Part shown: piece after piece, positions 24,439-35,811 of the stretch
Layout of the letters: the number at the start of each line of letters is the position of its first letter
Position numbering within the stretch: position 1 is the first letter of the stretch
Source: Pristiophorus japonicus
Taxonomy: Eukaryota
DNA length: 64,000 nt
Reading direction: 5' to 3'
NCBI RefSeq assembly: GCF_044704955.1
Contig: NC_091977.1
Location: 193,936,001 to 194,000,000, forward strand
Program-made: the position numbers and the translations under genes
Notes under the pieces: model-generated
What the model was told of the DNA's origin: nothing
The model's database searches: none
What the model saw: the letters and a program-made list of their open reading frames with translations, nothing else

Positions 24439-26690
24439 AGAATCATAGAATGGTTACAGCACAGAAGGAGGCCATTCGGCTCGTCAAGCCCGTGCCGGCT
24501 CTCTGCAAGAGCACTTCAGTTACATAAGAACATAAGAACGTAAGAATTAGGAACAGGAGTAGGCCATCTAGCCCCTCGAGCCTGCTCCGCCATTCAACAA
24601 GATCATGGCTGATCTGGCCATGGACTCAGCTCCACTTACCCGCCCGCTCCCCGTAACCCTTAATTCCCTTATTGGTTAAAAAATCTATCTATCTGTGACT
24701 TGAATACATTCAATGAGCTAGCCTCAACTGCTTCCTTGGGCAGAGAATTCCACAGATTCACAACCCTCTGGGAGAAGAAATTCCTTCTCAACTCGGTTTT
24801 AAATTGGCTCCCCCATATTTTGAGGCTGTGCCCCCTAGTTCTAGTCTCCCCTACCAGTGGAAACAACCTCTCTGCCTCTATCTTGTCTATCCCTTTCATT
24901 ATTTTAAATGTTTCTATAAGATCACCCCTCATCCTTCTGAAGTCCAACGAGTAAAGACCTAGTCTACTCAATCTATCATCATAAGGTAACCCCCTCATCT
25001 CCGAAATCAGCCTAGTGAATCATCTCTGTACCCACTCCAAAGCCAGTATATCCTTCCTTAAGTAAGGTGACCAAAACTGCACGCAGTACTCCAGGTGCAG
25101 CCTTACCAATACCCTATACAGTTGCAGCAGGACCTCCCTGCTTTTGTACTCCATCCCTCTCGCAATGAAGGCCAACATTCCATTTGTCTTCCTGATTACC
25201 TGTTGCACCTGCAAACTAACTTTTTGGGATTCATGCACAAGGACCCCCAGGTTCCTCTGCATCTCAGCATGTTGTAATTTCTCCCCATTCAAATAATATT
25301 CCCTTTTACTGTTTTTTTTCCCAAGGTGGATGACCTCACACTTTCCGACATGTATTCCATCTGCCAAACCTTAGCCCATTTGCTTAACCTATCCAAATCT
25401 CTTTGCAGCCTCTCTGTGTCCTCTACACAACCCGCTTTCCCACTAATCTTTGTGTCATCTGCAAATTTTGTTACACTATACTCTGTCCCCTCTTCCAGGT
25501 CATCTATGTATATTGTAAACAGTTGTGGTCCCAGCACCGATCCCTGTGGCACACCACTAGCCACCGATTTCCAACCCAAAAAGGACCCATTTATCCCGAC
25601 TCTCTGCTTTCTGTTAGCCAGCCAATTCTCTATCCATGCTAATACATTTCCTCTGACTCCGCGTACCTCTATCTTCTGCAGTAACCTTTTGTGTGGCACC
25701 TTATCGAATGCCTTTTGGAAATCTAAATACACCACATCCATCGGTACACCTCTATCCACCATGCTCGTTATATCCTCAAAGAATTCCAGTAAATTAGTTA
25801 AACATGATTTCCCCTTCATGAATCCATGTTACGTCTGCTTGATTGCACTATTCCTATCTAGATGTCCCGCTATTTCTTCCTTAATGATAGTTTCAAGCAT
25901 TTTCCCCACTACAGATGTTAAACTAACCGGCTTACACTTACCTGCCTTTTGTCTGCCCCCTTTTTTAAACAGAGGCGTTACATTAGCTGCTTTCCAATCC
26001 GCTGGTACCTCCCCAGAGTCCAGAGAATTTTGGTAGATTATAACGAATGCATCTGCTATAACTTCCGCCATCTCTTTTAATACCCTGGGATGCATTTCAT
26101 CAGGACCAGGGGACTTGTCTACCTTGAGTCCCATTAGCCTGACCAGCACTACCCCCCTAGTGATAGTGATTGTCTCAAGGTCCTCCCTTCCCACAATCCT
26201 GTGACCAGCAATTTTTGTGTCTTCCACTGTGAAGACCAAAGCAAAATAATTGTTTAAGGTCTCAGCCATTTCCACATTTCCTATTATTAAATCCCCCTTC
26301 TCATCTTCTAAGGGACCAACATTTACTTCAGTCGCTCTTTTCCGTTTTATGCTCTAGTCCCACTCCCGTGCCTTTTCCCCATAGCCCTGCAATTTTTTTT
26401 CCTTTAGACACTTATCCAATTCTCTTTTGAAAGGCATGATTGAATCTGCCTCCACCACCCTCTTAGGCACTGCATTCCAAATCCTAACCACTCGCTGCAT
26501 AAAAAAGTTTTCCCTCATGTCGCCTTTGGTTCTTCTGCCAATCTCCATATCTCTGTGTCCTCTGGTTCTCGATCCTTCCATCAATGAGAATAGTATCTCT
26601 ATATCTACTCTGTCTGCACTCCTCATGATTTTGAATACTTCTATCAAATCTCCTCTCTACTCTAAGGAGAACAACTCCAGCTCCAGATCA
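24439..26690 (-). mobile_element. CR1 ORF2/RT 3' half (about 24521-26352) nested in an older CR1 3' end (24439-24520 plus 26353-26690)
   Basis: KSPGPD, GKSCLTNLLEFFE, YLDFQKAFDKVPH, SGVPQGSVLGP and KFADDTK RT motifs with frameshifts. There are two distinct 3' tails. Confidence 0.9.
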
Positions 26691-26853
26691 AAGATCTACA
26701 GATAACAAATAGAGACTAAAAGAATTAAGAGCAGCTGACAAATGTGAAGATAAGATATTAAAAAAATATTTGGTTTGGTTAAGCTGATTGTAATGGGGTT
26801 TATCTGTTCTCACAACTCTGCATGAGAATGGAATATCATTTAGATTAGTTAAT

Positions 26854-27554
26854 GGTCCGTAATTTGTGGCCCCTACGAGGTGCGTACGAGGTGCGCACGT
26901 TCCCATAGGGGCCGTGTAAGTTGGTTGTATAACCAGCCCGTTCACTCTTGTGCAATTTGCTGTCCAGCTAATTGCTGCATTCATGTAGCAGGTTATCCGG
27001 AACTTGTGATCTGTCAGATTGCATGCATTCCCCGGTAAAGAGCCTCCAGTGAATGCCTGTGAAATTCTTACGCCTGGTAAAAGCTGGCGTAAGGCCTGTT
27101 TTTACCAGCGTGAGACTTTTAAAGGACAGAAAAATAAATTTATTTCAATAATTTATATGTTATAAATCTGTGAAGTAAGGTAAGTTTATTTTTAGACACT
27201 TTAAATTATGTAAATTCATTTTTCAAAAAATTAAATTTTTGTTTTAAATATTTAATTAAATGCAATTGTGAATAATTTTAACTGTTTTTAACATTTATTT
27301 TAAGTGTACATGTATTTTTTTGGGTATTCTCATTCATACTTATGGTGATTTTGTATATATGGAATCACCATATGTATGAATGGGGATTTCCCCTTCTTTC
27401 ATTGGTTGGGCCGGCCCATGTGATCCCAGGGGAGCTTGGGAACCGCATGCGCCCCTGAGATACGTGGGCCTCTACCCGCAGGTACCCTGAGAGGCCCAAG
27501 AGTGCAAGTGCGTAGATTTTTTGTGGGGAAGCCTCCGACTGCAATTTCAGGCTC
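26854..27554. mobile_element. Old Harbinger-type MITE
   Basis: Degenerate TIRs GGTCCGTAATTTG and (reverse complement) GAGCCTGAAATTG, an AT-rich core, and similarity in opposite orientation to 7066-7783. Confidence 0.55.
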
Positions 27555-28240
27555 ATTCTGTCTGTGTGTGGTGTTTAAATTTAAACTGTCAGCAGAATAA
27601 ATGACAACTCTCTCCATTTCCCACAGTACATGCTGTGATTAGCACTAGAGCAAATGGATTTTTAAATATTCAGAATCTATTCGTATGTGGTATAATGTGA
27701 TCAATTTTACTGGGGCACTAAATTGCTTTTAATTTGGGATTCAGTTTTTGATTGGCCACGATGCTGTGAAGACTCCGAATAATTATGATCCCATTTACTA
27801 ATGACTCTTGCTCTCAACCTGGCCAGTGTACAAAGTGAGCACCAGTCAGTTGGTCTTAAATTGCTGGAAACTGCCTGAAATTGACATTGATCATTGGGAA
27901 AAGAATGATAGCAGCTTCACACCGCTTCTTAAAAATGGTTTTAAAATACCTCCTCTTCGATTCTGCGCTATAAAACTAACCTTCGCTGCATCCGCCCATC
28001 ATGATAGTAATCTTAAATTAAAATCAATATTTTACTAAACTGCCACCTGGTGGTGCTTGTGTGCTTACAGTTAAGTATTGAATGTGAAGCTCTCACTGAT
28101 CCAGGGGCAGATTATCTGCTTTCTGAGAAATGTTGAGTGTTTCTAATAATGACTGTTCTCCTCACACAGTTTTAGCAGAATGTTTCATCTAGTTTCTTGC
28201 AATGCAAATACTGACAAAAACCCAATTGATAATTTTTCAG

Positions 28241-28401
28241 AATTTGGACTGAAGAAAATGTGGAAAAGCCCAAATGGAACTATCCGAAATATTTTGGGTG
28301 GCACAGTTTTTCGTGATCCAATTATTTGCAAGAACATCCCGCGACTTGTTCCCGGTTGGGTGAAGCCAATCACAATAGGACGACATGCGTATGGCGATCA
28401 G
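28241..28401 (+). CDS. IDH2: IDH2 exon equivalent to exon 4
   Basis: tttcag|(E)[53 protein letters not shown]|gtaag; 161 bp. Contains the substrate-binding arginines equivalent to human R140, R149 and R172. Confidence 0.97.
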
Positions 28402-28761
28402 GTAAGACTGTTGTTTGATGAGATTTACTGCCTTGTTATAAAATTGCTTTTCTGTTGAAGATCAGTTTATGTGCAATGTGTTCTGCTTGTAGCAAAAGCA
28501 GCTCAATGCATTCAGCGTTTTGTCCTCGCACTAGTGTAGCCACACTGGTTTTTAGTGCAGAGCAGTTTCATTAGCAAGAGGGTGAAATAATAGCCATAAA
28601 ACATGGTTGTCAACAAGCCCAAAACACTCGTGCAGCTTTCTGTTCCACCAATGAAGTGGTTTTACTGGCACTCAGCAGAGTTTGCCTACTTCACACCACT
28701 GTGTGCCAGTAAAATGGTTATATTAATGGTGAGGAGAGGAGATGGAAGGCTTTGACCAGTA

Positions 28762-29166
28762 GAGCCACTTAGGCTCAGTTGGTAGCAATCTTGCCTTTTA
28801 GTCAAGCCTCACTACAGAGACTTAAGCTCATAATCAAGGCTGCCACTTCAGTGCAGTACTGAGGGAATTCTGTATTCTTGGAGGTGTTCTCTTTTGGATG
28901 AGATATTAAACCAAGGCCCTAGCGACCTACTAAAATAGATGTAGAGTAGTGGAGTTTCCCGGTGTGCTGGCCAGCATCGAACCAGCTCCACCAAAAGAGA
29001 TTAACTGCTAATTCATCTCATTTGTTGTATGTGGGACCTTACTGTGTGCAAATTGGCTATCATATTTGCCTACAGAACAACATTAACTACACTTCAACAG
29101 TATTACATTGGCTTTGAAGAACTTTGATATGTCCTAAAGATGTGAAATATGCTGTATAAATGCAAC
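28762..29166 (+). mobile_element. tRNA-derived Deu-domain SINE (SacSINE1/AmnSINE-like) with L2-type tail
   Basis: A-box GGCTCAGTTGGTAGC, central CAGTGCAGTACTGAGGG..GGAGGTG..TTTGGATGAGATATTAAACCAAGGCCC, and tail ACTACACTTCAA..TATAAATGCAA. Confidence 0.7.
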
Positions 29167-29167
29167 A

Positions 29168-29335
29168 AATCTCACCATGACAGTTTGAGAATTTGAATTC
29201 AGTTTTTTTTTTTAACCTGGAAATTAAAAGCTGGTGTAACTAAAAGTGGCCGTGAAGCTGTTGGATTGTCATAAAAACCCAACTGTTTCACTAATAACCT
29301 TTAGGGAAGTCAACCGGCCATCCTTACCCAGTACA
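29168..29335 (+). mobile_element. Fragment of a second SINE family (longer copy at 50255-50596, minus strand)
   Basis: AAAAGCTGGT..AAAAGTGGCCGTGAAGCTGTTGGATTGTC matches the reverse complement of about 50440-50485. Confidence 0.55.
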
Positions 29336-29359
29336 GCCAACATCTGGGGGAGACAATAA

Positions 29360-29620
29360 TAAGTCCAATAGGGAATTTAGGAGAAACTTCTTTACCCAGA
29401 GAGTGGTTAGAATGTGGAACTCATTACCACAACGAGTAGTTGAGGTGAATAACATAGATGCATTTAAGGGGTAGCTAGATAAACACATGAAGGAGAATGG
29501 AATATAAGTATATGTTGATGAAGTTAGATGAAGAGGGGTGGACGGGGGTGTGGAGTATAAACACCTGCATAAGTTCCATATTGGCCTGCTTATGTGCTGT
29601 AAATACAATGTAATTTCTAT
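29360..29620 (+). mobile_element. CR1 3' end fragment
   Basis: RRNFFTQRVVRMWNSLP peptide followed by a 3' UTR. Confidence 0.7.
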
Positions 29621-29729
29621 CTTTTATTCTAATGCTGGCAACATATTTTTTGGCCGCAGCAGATTTCTCTTTCACCATTGGCACTGCTTACAGTGGTGGG
29701 GAGGTGAAGCCTGAAGCCGCAGTGACAAC

Positions 29730-30530
29730 TTTCTGCATTTATATAGCGCCTTAATGTAGAAAAATACCCCAATGCTCTTCACAGAGGTGTAATCAAAAAG
29801 AAATGGATCCCAAGGCAAAGTAAGAGTTATTGGGAGGGGTGACTAAAGGCTTGGTCAAAGAAGTACATTTTAAGAAGGACCTTAAAGGAGGAGAGGAAAG
29901 TGAAGAGGGGTTTAGGGAGGGAATTGCACAGCGGGATTTCTTCCAATTGTGGGGTGAAGAGAATAGGGGTTGCACGAAAGGCCAAAGTTAGAGAAATGGA
30001 AAGTTTGAGGATATTGTAGGCAATGTAAGTCCCTATAAGCTGCATTTTGTTCTGCTCAGTCTGTTTCTTTTAGTCCCTTTAAATTTCCACGCATGCGCGG
30101 TATTTACCATGGAGAAGCCGGTGAGCAGCCTGCGCGGAATCTTTCCCATTACTGTGCAGCCACGCAACCTAGACGGTTGTAGGACTAGTGGAGACCACAG
30201 AGAGAGAGGGGTGCAGCCTCCATTTAAAATATGAGGCGATGGGAGACCAGAAGCCACTGTAAGTCAATGAAGGCAGTAGTGATGGATGAGGAAGTTTGGA
30301 ATGGGATAGGACACAGGCAGCAGAGTTTTAGTGAACTGATGTTTAAGGAGGGTGGATGATGGGAGGCTGGCCAGGAGGGCATTGAAATAGTCATGTCTGG
30401 AGGTGACAAAGCCATGGATAACGGTTTCAGCAGCAAATGGACTCAGATAGAGATAGAGGTGGGCAGTGCTACTGGTGCAAACATGTGGTCTTTGTGATGG
30501 AATGGATATGGGATTAGAAGCATACAACTA
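29730..30530 (-). mobile_element. L2 LINE 3' remnants
   Basis: AAETVIHGFVTSRHDYFNALLASLP (L2 ORF2 C-terminus), LKxYFFDQAF, and tail GGCGCTATATAAATGCA. Confidence 0.65.
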
Positions 30531-31068
30531 AAAAGGTTGACTTCTGAAAGGTCAAAATCACAAGCAGAAGTTGAAAGTTGGCTCCCACTTTCTAATACCA
30601 GATAATACTGATATTCCCAGCATTGTTTAATTTAACACCATCTGCTGCTCTTTACAAGTTTCAGTAAAGGGGTCTTGTATTGTACAAATAATGATGGTTT
30701 ATTTTAACAAAAATTATCCCACTTTATTCTCATTTAAAAAAGCATGCTACACAATGGGATATACTGGGCGTGTATTTTCCCATTAGTATAGGATTTTCTC
30801 TTCAGAAACAAAACTAGTTAATCAGCAGCTCCAGATAATTGCATAGAACTGCACCAATTAGACATAGCAACATTGAATAACTGATGAAACCAAGGACTTG
30901 AGAAGGCTAATAAAAAGCAGGAAAATTGAATTAATCTGATTTAGGGACAACGGTCACAGCAGACTTGGGAATCAATTAAGAATCATTAAATTAAAAGATT
31001 TTTTTAAACTTTGTGTTTTTTTGTGTGAATCTCAAATCTCTAATGTGTAACAACTACTTACATTCCAG

Positions 31069-31212
31069 TATCGAGCCATAGATTTTGTCATGGACCAACC
31101 GGGTAATTTTAAACTTGTCTTCGTACCCAAGGATGGGAGCAAATCTCTGGAATGGAATGTGTTTGACTTTCCTGGTGGAGGCGTAGGAATGGGAATGTAC
31201 AATACAGATGAG
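31069..31212 (+). CDS. IDH2: IDH2 exon equivalent to exon 5 (missed by the ORF track)
   Basis: ttccag|[48 protein letters not shown]|gtaag; 144 bp, phase 0/0. Begins with the catalytic Tyr (human Y179). Confidence 0.96.
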
Positions 31213-31794
31213 GTAAGAGACTTCTTTCTGTCTGAATTTAGTTTTACTTAGGTTCGTACATCCTCCGTGGGCACTAATAGTGACCTTTTGTTGAGTATTT
31301 GTCAATATTTGTGAACATTTACCAAACTTGCACACTGTAATTTCTTTCCACATCTTACCATTCATGTTCAAATTACTTTCCTTTGGTTTATGTTATTTGT
31401 CCTGTGTAGTTTATATCTTTTTTTCTTTGTAATTCACAAGATATATTTTTGCTCTTCAAGGTGATGTCAGCATTGGGAGTGGTACATCTTACCTTTTTTT
31501 TCATTTTTCTTTTTGCCAATTATTTCTTGTTGAGGTACAGTATCACAAGTGTCAGTTTCCCTCTGATACTTAACTTAGTTGCTATTATTTCTGAGCCTCA
31601 ATGATGAGTGTTGGAAGGATAATCGACCATGTTCGAGCCTAATCATCTTGGTCCAGCCTAATCGCGTGCTAACCCTACATCAACACATTCACTCGTGCAC
31701 TCCCTGACAGCAGGAGTTACTGGACAGCAATCTAGAATGTGAATCCTGAATACATTTCCTCTCCCTGACCCAGAGAAAGAACTTGGCACCTTCG

Positions 31795-32185
31795 TTATGG
31801 CACCTTTCATGACCTTTAGGATGCCCTGAAGCACTTTACAGACAATTGACTACTTTTGAAGTGTAGTAATGTGGCAGACAATTTGTGCACAACAAGGTCC
31901 TACAAACAGAAATAGATAAACGACCAGATAATTTGTTTTTAGTGATTTAAGTTGAGGGATAAATATTTGCCAGAATACTGGGGAGAACTCCTCTGCTCTT
32001 CTTTGTGTAGAGCTATAGGATCTTTTACATCTACTCGAGATAGTAGATAGGACCTTAGCTTAATGTCTACTCCAAAAAGACGGTACTTCTAGTGTTAGCC
32101 TAGATTGTGTGCTCAGGTTTCTGGAGTGGGAATTGAATCCACAATCTTCTGATTTGGAAACAAGAGTGCTCCCACTGAGCCAACC
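31795..32185 (-). mobile_element. Deu-domain SINE, inverted relative to the copy at 28762
   Basis: The reverse complement gives GGCTCAGTGGGAGCACTCTTG...CCGTCTTTTTGGAGTAGACATTAA...ACTACACTTCAAAAGTAG..TGAAAGGTGC. Confidence 0.7.
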
Positions 32186-33957
32186 AGACTACATTTGTTG
32201 AAGTCAGTTGTGAATTAGATCAACTAGCTCAGCATAGATCAAGAATCCAGCCACAGAACTTCTTATCCTGTATGGCTCAATTGGACAAACACTGAGCCAT
32301 TGCGAGAGTCAAACACTTATTCTACTTTTTAACACCTAGGGGGAATTTCAACCTCCAAAAGCAGGTGTGTTGAGAGCTGGTGGGGGTAAAATTTTTGGGG
32401 GCCGAAATTGCCCCCTTTTTTAAGAGCCGTTACCGTCTCAAAGAAGTGGTAACGGAGCGAAAATGAGTTTCTGCCCAGTTGGGGTGGCCTCCCCGATATT
32501 GCCCTCGTGATTTCTTCAGGCAGTGAAGGTGACCGACCCGCTCCCCTGACATACACCCCGCTCCTCTGCGCGGCGATAAAGACGTCATCATAGCGAGCAC
32601 CACCTGGTCTCCGCCCCAGAAGCGACATTGCCCTGAAATTGTGATGGACCACGTCGGTGCCAGCGACAGGTTTTTCTGTTGCAGTCAAATGTACAATGAA
32701 AACCGCCAGCGGTATTTAAAGGCGCGCTGTGGCTCGCACCATTGTTGTTGGCCAAATTTTTAATCTGGGTTGAGGCTTTGAACGTTTTGCCTCTAATTCG
32801 GGCTTCAATGATTACTGGGCCTCACTTTGCACAGCCTCCAATACCGAACTTTGCTCCAAGAGCTAGCATTGGCAGAGTAGGCCACTGCTTGCAAATAATG
32901 GGCCCAGTCCTGACAGTGGACCGTCTCCTCCACATTGTACACAACAGGGTGGCTCGCAGAAGAGAGCGACACCACCAACTACAGGTGGAGAGGCAGCGGG
33001 AGAGGGACCCAGATAGGATGGGACAGCGAAATGGAGATGGCCATATACCTGCACATAGAGAAGGGCATGAAGCGAGGAGGAGGGTCAAGGATGTGGACAC
33101 CCAGAGCTAGAGGGAGAGGGACATGGAGAGGAGAAGGCAACATCACCAGCAGGCAGATGTGCGGCAACACCAGGATGCAGAGAGTCAGGAGCAGCATGAC
33201 CAGGAGGCAGAAGGGGATGAGGAAGGGGGCAGAGCAAGATGCAGATACCGACATGGTGACAGAAAGCCCTATGCTACAAGGGTCTTCCGATAACAGTTTT
33301 CCTACATCGACCTCAATGATGACCAGTGTCTGCGGAGACTGCAATTCAGAAAAGACGTAGTGACGGAGCTGTGCCATCTCCTGCAGCCAGACCTGGAGCC
33401 TCAAACAAGGCTGAGTACAGCTCTATCAGTGGCATCCAAGCTCACCATCGCCCTGAATTTCGACACCACTGGATCTTTCCAAGGAGCCACAGCAGATATC
33501 TCCAACCTCTCCCAATATGCCGCACATTACTGCATCCATCAGGCCACAGATGCTCTGTACAAGAGGAGGAGTACGTTTCCTTTCCAATGAACATAGAGAA
33601 GCTGTTGGAGTGCTCCAGTGGCTTCTTCAGGACAGTGGCATTCCCCAGGGTTTAGGGCGCCATAGACTGCACCCACGTGGCATTGAGGGTGCCGCAGAAC
33701 AATCCGGAGATCTTCCGAAACCGCAAGGGATACCACTCATTCAATGTCCAGTTGGTGTGCGACCACAACTGCAAAATCATGGCTGTGATGCCCGGTATCC
33801 TGGCCGCAGCCTCGTTGCTTTCATCCTGCGACAGACCGGTGTGCCAGTTTTGTTTCAGCCACCAAATGAAGTTCGCGGCTGGCTCCTAGGATACACTGTG
33901 CACCAGGTTCCTGACTCCCCTTCACAACCCCACCGCTGCTGTGCAGGAATCTTACAA

Positions 33958-34348
33958 CTCTTTTGGGGAGGAACAAAATAAACGTTAGATCAAGTGCCCC
34001 CCGATCTGGGGGACACTCCAGACACTTAACTGCCCCTTTTTTTTATAAATGTTTTTTTTTTGGTTTTTTTGTTGTTTTTTTGTGGGTTTTTTTGTGATTT
34101 TTTTGCGGGGGACATTAAAACCATATATTTTACAAGTGCCCCTATAAAAGGGGAGGGGGACACTAAAAATCCGGCAATTAAAACAAATTAAACTTTAAAA
34201 CATATAAAATCAAATTAAAATTTGGTTGCCGGGGTAACAATGCACTCCAGTCCCTCCGGCGCTCACCTCTCGCGGAAGGCCGTGAGCGTACCAGTGGACA
34301 CCGCGTGCTCCATCTCCAAGGACACCCTGGCGCGGATGTACGCGCGGA
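33958..34348 (-). mobile_element. 5'-truncated Tx1-like (L1 clade) LINE 3' end
   Basis: Flanked by the 15-bp TSD GCAGGAATCTTACAA (33943-33957 and 34349-34363). The minus strand encodes RAYIRARVSLEMEHAVSTGTLTAFRER*APEGLECIV, resembling a Tx1 ORF2 C-terminus, then a 3' UTR ending AAAAGAG. Confidence 0.75.
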
Positions 34349-34565
34349 GCAGGAATCTTACAATGACTCTCATTCAGCCACCAGGTGCATCATTGAACAG
34401 ACCATCGGAATCATGAAACAGAGGTTCCATTGCCTGGATCCCTCAGGAGGAGTGCTGCAGTACTCGACTGACTGAGTGTCCCTATTCGTCGTTGACTACT
34501 GCATGATTCACAACCTGGCAATCATGGGAGCACAGCCACTGGTCGACGCAATAGCAGTAGTACCT

Positions 34566-35564
34566 GAGGAGGAGGAGGCACAGGGGCAGGGAAGCAGGGG
34601 CAGGAGCCGGAGCCGGAGCAGGAGCCGGAGGAGGAGCAGGGACAGCAGGAGGAGCAGGGGGCAGGAGGAAGAGCCGGAGGAGGAGCAGGGGCAGGAGGAG
34701 AAGCAGGGGCAGGAGTAGGAGCAGGGGCAGCAGGAGGAGCAGGGGCAGGAGGAGGAGCCGGAGGAGGAGCAGGGGCAGGAGGAGCAGGGGCAGGAGGAGG
34801 AGCCGGAGGAGGAGCAGGGGCAGGAGGAGGAGCAGGGGCAGGAGGAGGAGCCGGAGGAGGAACAGGGGTAGGAGGAGGAGCAGGGACAGCAGGAGGAGCA
34901 GGGGCAGGAGGAGGAGCCGGAGGAGGAGCAGGGGCAGGAGGAGGAGTAGGGGCAGGAGGAGGAGGAGCCAGAGGAGGAGCAGGGGCAGGAGGAGGAGCAG
35001 GGACAGCAGGAGGAATAGGAGCAGGAGGAGGAGGAGCCGGAGGAGGAGCAGGGGCAGGAGGAGGAGGAGCCGGAGGAGTAGCAGGGGCAGGAGGAGGAGG
35101 AGCCGGAGGAGGAGCAGGGGCAGGAGGAGGAGCTGGAGGAGGAGGAGCAGGGACAGTAGGAGGAGCAGGGGCAGGAGGAGGAGCAGGGGCAGGAGGAGGA
35201 GCCGGAGGAGGAGGAGGAGTAGGGGCAGGAGGAGGAGGAGCCGGAGGAGGAGCAGGGGCAGAAGGAGGAGCAGGGACAGCAGGAGGAGTAGGGGCAGGAG
35301 GAGGAGGAGCCAGAGGAGGAGCAGGGGCAGGAGGAGGAGGAGCCGGAGGAGGAGCAGGGGCAGGAGGAGGAGCAGGAGGAGGAGGAGCCGGAGGAGTAGC
35401 AGGGGCAGGAGGAGGAGGAGCCGGAGGAGGAGCAGGGGCAGGAGGAGGAGCTGGAGGAGGAGGAGCAGGGGCAGGAGGAGGAGGAGCAGGGGCAGGAGGA
35501 GGAGCAGGGGCAGGAGGAGGAGCCGGAGGAGGAGCAGGGGCAGGAGGAGCAGGGGCAGGAGGAG
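34566..35564. repeat. About 1-kb triplet-structured GAG/CAG/GGG/CCG minisatellite
   Basis: Units such as GAGGAGCAGGGGCAG and GAGGAGGAGCCG, lying in the acidic C-terminal linker of the transposase. Confidence 0.95.
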
Positions 35565-35811
35565 GTTCCTGCACCACACGGAAGGCGGCCTCGCCATCCT
35601 GATCCTGCAAGGGATGTCCAGGACCTTCTCATTGCTGCTCGTTTTCACTAAGTTGTTCGCCACTTCCAGCTTCCTCTGTGTACTCCCATGCCCACACCAA
35701 TGAGCTCTTTCACACATCATTCCCCACACTGAAATGAGACACAGCAACAGATATTAAAGTTTCCAATCAACGTTTATAGAACAATAACGTGCATCAACAA
35801 CATCAACATTC

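Larger units (their letters stand above)
32898..35651 (+). pseudogene. Harbinger transposase disrupted by stops, frameshifts, a LINE fragment and a repeat expansion
   Basis: CLRRLQFRK, KLTIALNFDTTGSFQ, GAIDCTH, RNRKGYHSFNVQLVCD, IEQTIGIMKQRF, CMIHNLAI and C-terminal LLIAARFH*. Confidence 0.92.

Noticed and set aside
28762-28830. tRNA gene
   Set aside because: Only an A-box-like head with no cloverleaf, continuing into a SINE body and L2-type tail.
34482-35747. Leu-rich, Ser/Cys-rich (metallothionein- or keratin-associated-like) and Pro/Ala-rich ORFs on the minus strand
   Set aside because: These are antisense readings of the GAG/CAG minisatellite, with no independent gene evidence.
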